Assembly: GCA_050010895.1 (NCBI GenBank) | Contig: JBEKKD010000003.1 | Coordinates: 1 to 35,690, forward strand | DNA length: 35,690 bases | Direction: 5' to 3' | Source: Armatimonadota bacterium | Lineage (GTDB): Bacteria; Armatimonadota; Hebobacteria; Hebobacterales; Hebobacteraceae | Shown here: in pieces, positions 1 through 13,187 of the stretch | How positions within the stretch are numbered: the first letter of the stretch is position 1 | Layout: every line of letters begins with the position of its first letter | The notes under the pieces: generated by a model | Databases searched by the model: none | What the model saw: only the letters and a program-made list of their open reading frames with translations | What the model was told of the DNA's origin: nothing | Translations under genes and position numbers: made by a program

Positions 1-2
1 CC

Positions 3-5221
<5,219 letters not shown>

Positions 5222-5239
5222 CCAGAATCGCAGGGTGCC

Positions 5240-5272
5240 AAAACGCGAGGGCGGCGAAAGCCGCCCTCGCGT
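5240..5272. terminator. Intrinsic terminator hairpin between convergent genes, probably bidirectional
   Basis: Perfect 13-bp stem ACGCGAGGGCGGC-GAAA-GCCGCCCTCGCGT (5243-5272), with a short T-run after it on the minus strand. Confidence 0.85.
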
Positions 5273-5298
5273 CAGTTCCGTCATCCATTTCAGTGGTT

Positions 5299-7182
5299 CT
5301 AGTGGACCAGCACCTGGAACACGAACGTCCCCTGCTGGCCGCCAGCGAGATCGCCGACTGGCATCTGCACGGTCTTGCCGTCGGGCAGGATCGGGTCCGG
5401 CACGACCGCCGTCCCATTCAGCTTTGCACTGCCCGCGATGAAGCTAACCTGGCTCGGCAGCACGTCTGTTATGCCGAACGCGGTGGCAGATACGGTCCCG
5501 GTGTTCTTGTAGACGAAGGTATAGGTGACCGTGCCCCCAGGAGGGGCCGTCAGCTTGTCGATGGTCTGCTGAAGCGACACAATCGGAGATCCTATAGGCT
5601 TCGTGCGCACCATCACCACACCGTACTTGTTCTTGACCGTAACCGAAGTAACCGAGGGACCCAGGGTTCCGTCGGGCTGCAACTCCTGGAACGTTCCCGG
5701 GAGCGACACGGTAGCGTCCAATGACGAGCTGGGGCTGGCACTCTCGCTCGACGGGTTCACGAGCGCGATCACGTTCGTGTAGTCCCGCCCGTAGACGTCG
5801 ATCCCCTTCGTCTTGTCCTGGTAGAAGATGTAGTACGGCGCGAGCGGGACCCCCGGATCGAAGTCGTAGCACGCGTAGTAGTAGTTCTGGTAGTACACGG
5901 GCTGAGTCGTATCGACGTAGGGCCTATGCCGGAAGCTGGTCTTGCTGCTGTTCGGGTAAACCGAGTTCGTCGCCAGCAGATAGGACGCGAAGCCGAACTT
6001 GAACACCTGCGTATCCCGGCCCGCGGGGAGGCCGGAATAGTTGAGGTTGTCCTGGGCGAGGTAGTACTTGCCCTTCGCCGACACGATCTGCATCGAGCCG
6101 ATGTTGTTGAGCCAGGTGCTTTCCGCCGGATCGGCCGTGCTCGACCACCAGGCCGCATGCATCCATTCCTCGTGCATCGCCCCATCGGCAATGTCGACGT
6201 AATCCTCCGATACATCACTCCCACTGTTCTCGATCAGGATGTAGCTGCCCAGCACCTGCTTCATGTTCGTGACGTGCGCGAGCATGTCGCTGTGGAACGA
6301 ATTGACCTTCGCTTGCGCGATGCTGCCGTACTGATCGTCTTTCACCCGTGCCATCTTGCTCGTATTCTGAGCGTAGGCGATGTCGATCCATACATCGTCC
6401 GCGAAAATCCCGTCGAAGTGCGGCCCGGCGGGGTCGAGGCCGCTGGTGCTGGAGTTGAAGTAGGTCGAAACCCATTTCAGCGCTTCCTGCGCCCAGTCGC
6501 TGCGGAACTTCGGGTTGGAGACGTCCATGTGGTAGCAGCCGTAACTGCTGTAGTAGAGCCGACTGCCGGTGGCGACGTCGTGGAGGAAGTAGTCTTCCTT
6601 CGGCAGGTACACGGCGGCGCCCGCGCTGTGCGACGCCGCGGCCCAGTTTCCGCCGCCGTCCGCCGCCCGGATGGTTGCAATGCCGCGGCCGGTGACGCCG
6701 CTGCCGTAGCTCTTCACCGTGAGAGCGTTGCCGGAGCGCGAGGCGATCTCGATGGTCTCGTTGTCGACCTTGATCCAGAAGCTGCTGGTCGGGAATGCGC
6801 TCGCGTTCGTCAGTTGTATGGTGGTGTCACTGGTACCGATTGCCTGCGCGAGCTGAGTCTGAATGCCAGCGTAGTTGCCGTTGTAGACAGTCCACCCGGG
6901 GTCGGTCGTCTGCAGGAAGTGCGCGTCCTTGTAGCCGACGACCTTCATGTTGGGGTTGTACTTCTTGAGCGTCTCGGCCTGGAAGTACCCGGTCGAGTTC
7001 GGGAACTCGTACAGGAGCGCGAAGTCATAGTGGCTCGCGAACCAACTGAGAGAGGTGAGGTCCTTGAAGAGACGAACTTCGATGGTGTGCGCCCGGAGCA
7101 CACGGGCGTCAGCGCGACTGAAGCAGAGCACCGACGCAAGGGCAACGGCAGCGAACAGCGGAGCGACTTTCACAACGTTCAT
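5299..7182 (-). CDS. Secreted putative glycoside hydrolase (GHL15/PF14885-like TIM barrel) with an inserted beta-domain and a C-terminal DUF11-like domain
   Basis: Start moved from the track's 7269 to ATG 7182 (MNVVKVAPLF, signal peptide ending ADA). Motifs LKKYNPNMKVVGY, MDVSNPKFR, FDGIFADD, DGAMHE, FGFASYLL, GVPLAPY and YGRDYTNVIALVNP. Tail PGGTVTYTFVYKNTG..ITDVLP..SFIAGS is DUF11-like. Confidence 0.7.
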   Translation of the reverse strand: MNVVKVAPLFAAVALASVLCFSRADARVLRAHTIEVRLFKDLTSLSWFASHYDFALLYEFPNSTGYFQAETLKKYNPNMKVVGYKDAHFLQTTDPGWTVYNGNYAGIQTQLAQAIGTSDTTIQLTNASAFPTSSFWIKVDNETIEIASRSGNALTVKSYGSGVTGRGIATIRAADGGGNWAAASHSAGAAVYLPKEDYFLHDVATGSRLYYSSYGCYHMDVSNPKFRSDWAQEALKWVSTYFNSSTSGLDPAGPHFDGIFADDVWIDIAYAQNTSKMARVKDDQYGSIAQAKVNSFHSDMLAHVTNMKQVLGSYILIENSGSDVSEDYVDIADGAMHEEWMHAAWWSSTADPAESTWLNNIGSMQIVSAKGKYYLAQDNLNYSGLPAGRDTQVFKFGFASYLLATNSVYPNSSKTSFRHRPYVDTTQPVYYQNYYYACYDFDPGVPLAPYYIFYQDKTKGIDVYGRDYTNVIALVNPSSESASPSSSLDATVSLPGTFQELQPDGTLGPSVTSVTVKNKYGVVMVRTKPIGSPIVSLQQTIDKLTAPPGGTVTYTFVYKNTGTVSATAFGITDVLPSQVSFIAGSAKLNGTAVVPDPILPDGKTVQMPVGDLAGGQQGTFVFQVLVH

Positions 7183-7283
7183 GGGTCCCCAGCGTGACCA
7201 AGCGGCGCGGCGCGCCGCCATACCGTGGTCCCTACCCATAGCCATAGCATCCCTCCCGGCGTGATGCAAATCAGATACCCACG

Positions 7284-7302
7284 TAGTTTCCCCAGGAAAC
7301 TA
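7284..7302. promoter_or_regulatory. Candidate operator: perfect inverted repeat TAGTTTCC-N3-GGAAACTA
   Basis: AT-rich dyad in the intergenic gap about 100 bp upstream of the GHL15-like gene. Confidence 0.4.
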
Positions 7303-7409
7303 TTCCTCAGATTGCCCAATAATCACTCAGAATCCGAACGCCCAGCCGCCTTCTGCAGACGGCCAGACAAGCAACCGGTTTCCTGTTCAGAGGTGGGCGC
7401 ACACCGGCG

Positions 7410-8606
7410 CTATGACTCTGTTGCCGCGGCCGGGGCTGGCTCCGGCGCGGAGGCGCGACCGGTGCGCAGGTGTTTCAGCGACGCCATCGGAAGAGCACCG
7501 ACGTGGGCCAGCGCCTCAAAGCACAGGCTGCGAAGCCTTGGGCGGTACAGTGTGAGCTTCAGCACCTGTGCGACATGTCTGGCGTAATGGAACTTTTCGG
7601 CCGCGGGCGTGGAGAGAAAATCAAGGACGCGGACCCCTTCCTCTATCACGCTCTCTATGCAGAAGCCGAGCGACACGTCGGCGATGCGCTGCTTCATCCA
7701 TCGCTCATCATAGCTGTGGCTCTTCAAATAGCAGGTGGAATTCGCGACGATCACGTGCTCGATCGCGGCCGGCTCGCCGTCCACTTCGAGATACCAGAGA
7801 CGAAGCCAGCCCCTGTCCTGGAAATCATGGGCGACGCTCCGGGTGAAGCGGCGGAACGCGGGGTCGGTGTACTGCGTCCACTTCCCCAGACGCTGCATAC
7901 GCTCCGCCTTCCACGAAAAGTGCTTCTCGAGCAGAGCGTCGATGGCATCGGCGTCTGTGCAACGCACGAAGCGGGTGGCGTGATTCCGGCTCAACTGCCT
8001 GCGCTCGTACTTGGTCTTCTTCCGTCGGTTGCTGCTGAGCCCGCTCAGATATTCGTCGAAGGTCGCCGGGAGATTGGCATATGGACAGGAGACATATGGC
8101 CTGATCTCCGCGCGGAACCCGTGCTCGACGGCCGCCCGGCACAGGAGCGAAATGCTGGGGCTGTCGGCGCGCAGCCGGCACAACTCCATCCGGTCCCAAC
8201 CCGGGTCCGCGGCAAGGTGCTCGAACGCGCTGCCCAGACAGGCACTCTCTGCCCCCGGCCGGGCTAGCAGGTCCATGTACGTTGGCGAGGCGACCACGCA
8301 GTCGGAGGCGAATCGAAGCTCGCGCATCATCCCGCGTCGGAGTCCGTACTTGACCTGCATCAGCGGCAGCGCGCCTTGCAGCTCCGACCCCGCCCAGAAA
8401 GTGAGGATCTCTATTCGGTACCCCTGTGCCGCGGTCTCCCACCATCGGTAGAGCCAATCCCAACTCACGAATGGTGGGGCGTCGCACGCAGCCGCGATCT
8501 CGTCGTAAGCCGTGCGGATCTCTCGCATCCCGGCGATGGTATCAATGACCTTCGTCGTCAGCGACATCGATCTTGGCTCCATCAGTGGTCCAGATCCAGC
8601 GCTCAT
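7410..8606 (-). CDS. GNAT-family N-acyltransferase (CelD/BcsL, Acetyltransf_6-like)
   Basis: PFVSWDWLYRWW, LPATFDEYLSGLSSNRRKK, LRLWYLEVDGEPAA, SYDERW and EEGVRVLDFL. ATGA overlap with the upstream GT. Confidence 0.85.
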   Translation of the reverse strand: MSAGSGPLMEPRSMSLTTKVIDTIAGMREIRTAYDEIAAACDAPPFVSWDWLYRWWETAAQGYRIEILTFWAGSELQGALPLMQVKYGLRRGMMRELRFASDCVVASPTYMDLLARPGAESACLGSAFEHLAADPGWDRMELCRLRADSPSISLLCRAAVEHGFRAEIRPYVSCPYANLPATFDEYLSGLSSNRRKKTKYERRQLSRNHATRFVRCTDADAIDALLEKHFSWKAERMQRLGKWTQYTDPAFRRFTRSVAHDFQDRGWLRLWYLEVDGEPAAIEHVIVANSTCYLKSHSYDERWMKQRIADVSLGFCIESVIEEGVRVLDFLSTPAAEKFHYARHVAQVLKLTLYRPRLRSLCFEALAHVGALPMASLKHLRTGRASAPEPAPAAATES

Positions 8607-9793
8607 GGCCGTACCGCCTCGTGAGCCCTCGCCCGGCCGCTCAGCAGGGAAGAGATCAGTTCAGTGTACTGCGCGACGATCCGCTCTTTCTGGTGCTCGG
8701 CCGCCACATACGAGCGCGCCCGCGCCCCAATCTCCTCTCGCAGCGCTGGGTTCCTGCGGAGCATCTCCAACCGGTCTGCGATCTGTTCGACGGTCTCGCA
8801 GTAGTAGCCGAGGCCCCCCTCACTCACTAAGTGATCCGGGTCCACTGTCGCTATCACCGGAAGACCATGGTCCCACGCCTCGAGGAACGTATTCGGGAAT
8901 CCCTCAGTAGCCGATGTGTTGACGAACGCCCAGGACCGATCATACCAGTCCGCCATCTCTGCGAACGGGAGAGCTCCGAGATCACGCAGATTCGGCACCG
9001 TCGCCGCCTCCTCGAGCACGGTCCGATACAAATCCTCTTCGCCGTGCATTTCTCGCTGCCCGGCCATGGCGAACTGCAGATGAGGCATGCGCCGCGCAAG
9101 CTCCAGGAACAACTCCGGACGCTTGATCCGACGTGTCCGGCCGGCCCACAGCACATACTCCCTCGGAGCGTCTGACGGCGGGGCCGGCGGCCGTAGGTAC
9201 AAGCTGCGGATGAGAATGCCCTCGATGCCCCAGTGGCGCCTCAACATCTCCCGCTGAACGTGTGTCTGAACGACAACCGCGTCGGCCTTCCGAAGCCCCC
9301 ACTGATACAGGGCGCGATCAGACCGATGGAACCGCCTGTGGATCAGTTCGGGATCGACGTCCTGATCGGAGGAAACGGCGAAAACGAGTCGGCGGCCGTA
9401 GCGGCGGCAGAACTCCGCCGCCACTCCGACGAGTCCGGTCGATCCGCGCACGTAGTAGAGACCGGAATCTGCCTCCTTCAGCGCGCTCCAGAACCTCGGG
9501 ATGGTCGCGTAGAAGTATCGCAGGACGGGAATCCGGCCCTCTCGGTACGTGGCGACCAGATAGACACCCCGTTCGCGGAGTTCCTCCGCTATCCCCGGCG
9601 CGTTCGCGCTGAAGCTCGCCAGCAGCGCGACGCGATAGTCCGCCTCCGCCATGAACTGCGTGAGCCGACCGACCTGCAACTCGGCGCCGCCGGTCGACTC
9701 TGAGTTGCGGCCTGCAGCGATTTTCGCTACCGACCAGCCGAGCGAGACGAAGCAGATATCTGTCTTGCCGCGACGGTCTGTTCCTCGGCTCAT
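8603..9793 (-). CDS. Glycosyltransferase family 4
   Basis: GGAELQ, WAGRTRRIKRPE and VNTSATEGFPNTFLEAW (EX7E). The start is ATG 9793 or 9799. Confidence 0.9.
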   Translation of the reverse strand: MSRGTDRRGKTDICFVSLGWSVAKIAAGRNSESTGGAELQVGRLTQFMAEADYRVALLASFSANAPGIAEELRERGVYLVATYREGRIPVLRYFYATIPRFWSALKEADSGLYYVRGSTGLVGVAAEFCRRYGRRLVFAVSSDQDVDPELIHRRFHRSDRALYQWGLRKADAVVVQTHVQREMLRRHWGIEGILIRSLYLRPPAPPSDAPREYVLWAGRTRRIKRPELFLELARRMPHLQFAMAGQREMHGEEDLYRTVLEEAATVPNLRDLGALPFAEMADWYDRSWAFVNTSATEGFPNTFLEAWDHGLPVIATVDPDHLVSEGGLGYYCETVEQIADRLEMLRRNPALREEIGARARSYVAAEHQKERIVAQYTELISSLLSGRARAHEAVRP

Positions 9794-10058
9794 AGCCATC
9801 TCATATCCGCTGCTACACGCGACCGCCGAGGGTGGCGCGCCGGCCGCGACGGGCGCGCGAGGTCGGCACCGCCCGCCGCGCTGAGATCGGGAAGACCCTC
9901 CGCACCCCGTGTCCGGTCCCCAGCAGACGAAGCGCGGAGAGGCCGAGGCGCTGTACCCGGCAGTGGCAAAGCGGCCATAGCGCGACCAGTCTCGACCGGC
10001 TGTCCCGAATGGCGAGAATCTCCAGCCGGTGTGACCGATCCGGGTTCCGCGCTGTCAT
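9790..10058 (-). pseudogene. Truncated, frameshifted remnant of a CelD/BcsL-like GNAT
   Basis: RLEILAIRDSRSRLVALWPLCHCRVQRLGLSALRLLGTG resembles the N-terminal segment of the GNAT at 7410-8606. After a frame change near the C4 run at 9905-9908 it continues AEGLPDLSAAGGAD. Both ends have ATGA overlaps with the neighbouring genes. Confidence 0.55.
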
Positions 10059-11143
10059 TGGCGTAGCCTATCAGCGAGAGTCTGGAACTGCTGCACGGAC
10101 TTCTGGATGGGAAATCTCTCCCGTACGACCTCTCGTCCTCGCTGACCCATCTCACGTGACATGTGGCGATCCTGCACCAGTCGGCCCAGCGCGTGTGAGA
10201 GCGCCTCCGGCCGACCCGGCGGCACCAGGAGGCCTGTCGTCTCCGGCTGCACGATCTCCGACAGACATCCCACATCTGTGGCGACCACCGGCAGTCCGGC
10301 GGCCATAGCCTGCAGCGCCGAAACCGGGAACGCCTCGGAGTGCGAGCTCAATACGAACACATCGAATGCCGACAGCAGCCGCGGCACGTCCCGCCGCGCC
10401 CCCAGGAACAGCACCCGGTCGGCGATGCCCTCGGATCGGACCAGCTCAGCCAGATACTGGCGCTGCTCGCCGTCGCCCACCATGACCAGGCGGACGCGCG
10501 GCTGCTGTGAGAGCAACTGGGCAGCCGCCCGTATCAGAACCTCGTATCCCTTCACCGGGCGGAGGCCCCCTACGGTGCCGACCACCCGCATCTCCGGCTC
10601 CAGGCCAAGCTCGAGTCGCGTCGCCTCGCGGAGATCATCGCTCTGATACTGGGCCCAGTCTACGCCGTTCTGCACCACTTCCATCTTGCATGAGGCGATC
10701 CCGAAATGCTCTGTCACGAAGGCGCTGTGCCTGGGTGAGAGAGCCACCACGGCATCGGTCCAACGCGCAAGCGAGCGATTCATCCTGCCGACGTTGTCAC
10801 GCATCGAGTGGATCCACCACGCCGTGGGCAGGCGCGACAACTTCGCCGCTACTCGACCCCAGAACGCCGCGTCTCCGCTGCCGAGGGCGAAGACCGCACC
10901 CGGCCTCTCCTGTCGGAACAGCGCCCGAAGGCGACTCACCACGGCAACGTCCCACTTGCCGTGCAGCAGCCCCCGGTAGTCCCCGAACTCGCCCTCACCA
11001 TTCGGCGACCTGAGGAAACAAAGGACCGGCCGGTACCTGGCCGGATCCAGCCTTTTGGCGATCTCGTAGGTCATGTGCTCCATGCCGCCGAGGCCCCACC
11101 TGCTCAGCACGAATACCAGGGGAGTTGCCGTCCGGGCTACCAT
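10055..11143 (-). CDS. Glycosyltransferase family 4
   Basis: GGMEH, VVQNGVD, VGGLRPVKG, FLGARRDVPRLL and SSHSEAFPVSALQAMAAGLPVVATDVG. Confidence 0.92.
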   Translation of the reverse strand: MVARTATPLVFVLSRWGLGGMEHMTYEIAKRLDPARYRPVLCFLRSPNGEGEFGDYRGLLHGKWDVAVVSRLRALFRQERPGAVFALGSGDAAFWGRVAAKLSRLPTAWWIHSMRDNVGRMNRSLARWTDAVVALSPRHSAFVTEHFGIASCKMEVVQNGVDWAQYQSDDLREATRLELGLEPEMRVVGTVGGLRPVKGYEVLIRAAAQLLSQQPRVRLVMVGDGEQRQYLAELVRSEGIADRVLFLGARRDVPRLLSAFDVFVLSSHSEAFPVSALQAMAAGLPVVATDVGCLSEIVQPETTGLLVPPGRPEALSHALGRLVQDRHMSREMGQRGREVVRERFPIQKSVQQFQTLADRLRQ

Positions 11144-12141
11144 CGCTTCGAGCCCCTCTCAGCCATCTGCGGGGGTCGCACCTCGCTCAGCGTCGCGGGC
11201 TCGACGCCACGACCGATGAAGTACGCTACTGTCTGCGCGATGCGGCGCAGAAACGCGTTCACCTGGGCCTCAGTCTGAAAGTAGGGGCTGCCACCCGGCA
11301 ACATCTCGCTCGAATGAAACGCCATGTTGAGAACCGGGAACCCTTGGGCCAGCAGGCGCTCTCCGATCGCGATCATGGTCCGCGCCGAAGCAAACGTGGG
11401 ACGGAACCATACCAGCCGCATCGGCCACTTCTTGAGGAGCCGCACCACGAGCGGACCGTCTGGCGCTTCCCGATACCAGGCGCTGAAGCGCTCCAGTATG
11501 CGCGCGCGGAACCCCACGGAGATGGGCACCTCCAGCACCGCTGACCGGCCGGGCCGGCTGACGTCCCCACGGTCTGGATAGTAGGGTTCTCTGGGCGCAA
11601 ACGTGAAACACGGCCCGCGGCTGCCCTCCTGCTGCCCCGGCTGATGCGCCCACGACATCATCGGGGTCACCGAGCTGTCCACCCGGTAGCCCAGCTCCTC
11701 GATCAGTCGCAAGCCAGGGCCGTCCATCCCCCAGCGGCCTGCCCGATATGACCGCGGCTGGATGCCGACTCGTTCACTCACTGCATCCGTCAGGCTGCCG
11801 AGCTTCGCCCGCAGGACATCCGGCTCCAGCTCCGTAGGAAACGGTTTCGGTCCACTTCTGCCATCGTCAGGAAGGAACGGCGGAGTGTCCCACGGATGGA
11901 GGTGCGCACCCACCTCGCACGTGTCTGCGTGAGCAAATCTCGAAAGCATAGCTGCACAGGTCTGGTCCGCGCACACCGAATACGTTGTGAGATACGTCGG
12001 CCGCGCGCCGATATCGTAGAGCAGCGCGTGCAGCCTCGGAAGCCGAACGAGGTTCTCGAGGCACAGCACCGGCTCATCATCCCACTGCCGATCGGGCTCG
12101 ACGTCGACTGTGATCACCAGTTGTGGCTTGTGTGCGCTCAT
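11137..12141 (-). CDS. Polysaccharide deacetylase (CE4-like, WalW-type)
   Basis: ITVDVEPD, EVGAHLHPW, SYRAGRW, GYRVDSSVTP, LEVPIS and FHSSEMLPGGSPY. Confidence 0.85.
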   Translation of the reverse strand: MSAHKPQLVITVDVEPDRQWDDEPVLCLENLVRLPRLHALLYDIGARPTYLTTYSVCADQTCAAMLSRFAHADTCEVGAHLHPWDTPPFLPDDGRSGPKPFPTELEPDVLRAKLGSLTDAVSERVGIQPRSYRAGRWGMDGPGLRLIEELGYRVDSSVTPMMSWAHQPGQQEGSRGPCFTFAPREPYYPDRGDVSRPGRSAVLEVPISVGFRARILERFSAWYREAPDGPLVVRLLKKWPMRLVWFRPTFASARTMIAIGERLLAQGFPVLNMAFHSSEMLPGGSPYFQTEAQVNAFLRRIAQTVAYFIGRGVEPATLSEVRPPQMAERGSKRW

Positions 12142-13187
12142 CCCGGCCCCAGCCCTTCACCGCCCCCACCGCCGCGGCCGAACAGCCTTTTCAGTCGGCC
12201 CCGCGCTGCCATCGCCACTCGGAACCCAGGGCCCCATGCCGCATTCGGTGACCACGCCATTTCGCTGGTCACGGCGACCTCTCGGCCGCCGAACCCGCGC
12301 TTGTACGTGTGAATGCCGCGGTCGGCTTCCCGGCGCTCCGGCGCCAGAGGCTTCCCCCCCAAATCGTAGTCACGGTAGCCGTGCTCCTTCGCCCATTGGA
12401 TGGCGGCCCAGTTCACGAACTGGCCCGGCGCGCGGATCGAGCCACTCGACCCGGAGAACCCTTGCCAGACGCGATCGCCGAATGTGTAGAGGAGCAGTGC
12501 GTGGTAGGGCTGGCCGTCGCGATAGCCCACGATCAACTGGCGCAGCCGGGGCAGTCTCCATATTGCCTCCAGCGCGACATTGCTCCAGCCGGATCTGTTC
12601 CGCCGTAGCGCGGTGTCGCGGTACAGGCTGAGGAACGCGTCGAAATCCTCCGCGGTGTTCGCGCACGAAGTCGTGCATCCCGATCGCTGCGCGCGCCCGA
12701 TCATCTTCCTCGTCTTCGATTCCATGTTGGCAAGAATCTGCTTGGCGCTCTGGCTCAGGTCGATACGCCAGGTTCCTTTGTAGCGCCATAGGGGCGTAGC
12801 GGCCGCGAATCCATGCTCCCGGAGCAGCCTCTCAGCTTCGCCGTCGGCGACCTCAGGGTTGACTCGCAGGTGCACTACCCGGCTCTCGCGCGCGTACTGC
12901 TTGAGGCGCTCGACGACCGCCGCGGCGCTACCGTTGGCAAAATCGAGAACCGGCCCCCAGGCCACGTCGAGAATCGCCCATCTGCCGGCCACCACTTTCT
13001 TTGCCCCGGCAATCGTGGCAACGATCTCTCCATCGGCGCTCTCAGCTATCAGCCGTACCGGGATCCAGTGCCGCGCGCTCTCCACCTCGCGCCAGCCGAA
13101 CGACTGCCAGACGTGGCCGCCGTTCGCAGCGACGAAGCCGTCGTATCGGCCTTGATCTTCGCTAGTGGCTTCGCGCAACTGGATCAT
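12138..13187 (-). CDS. FemAB/FemX-family (aminoacyl-tRNA-dependent) transferase-like protein
   Basis: Start moved to MIQLRE (13187; GTG 13190 also possible). Motifs WQSFGW, GPVLD, LRVNP, IDLSQSAKQILANMESKTRKMIGRA, WAAIQWAKEHGYRDYDLGG and GIHTYKRGFGG. About 350 aa, with no coiled-coil arm apparent. Confidence 0.8.
   Translation of the reverse strand: MIQLREATSEDQGRYDGFVAANGGHVWQSFGWREVESARHWIPVRLIAESADGEIVATIAGAKKVVAGRWAILDVAWGPVLDFANGSAAAVVERLKQYARESRVVHLRVNPEVADGEAERLLREHGFAAATPLWRYKGTWRIDLSQSAKQILANMESKTRKMIGRAQRSGCTTSCANTAEDFDAFLSLYRDTALRRNRSGWSNVALEAIWRLPRLRQLIVGYRDGQPYHALLLYTFGDRVWQGFSGSSGSIRAPGQFVNWAAIQWAKEHGYRDYDLGGKPLAPERREADRGIHTYKRGFGGREVAVTSEMAWSPNAAWGPGFRVAMAARGRLKRLFGRGGGGGEGLGPG

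Noticed and set aside
5926-7197. 423-aa plus-strand ORF
   Set aside because: Antisense shadow of the GHL15-like gene with no recognisable motifs, as expected from high-GC codon bias.
7195-7330. Possible c-di-GMP-I riboswitch upstream of the hydrolase (GCTATGGG...TATGGCGGC on the minus strand)
   Set aside because: The GGCAAA/GACGCAAA elements and GNRA-capped stem are missing; the resemblance is superficial.
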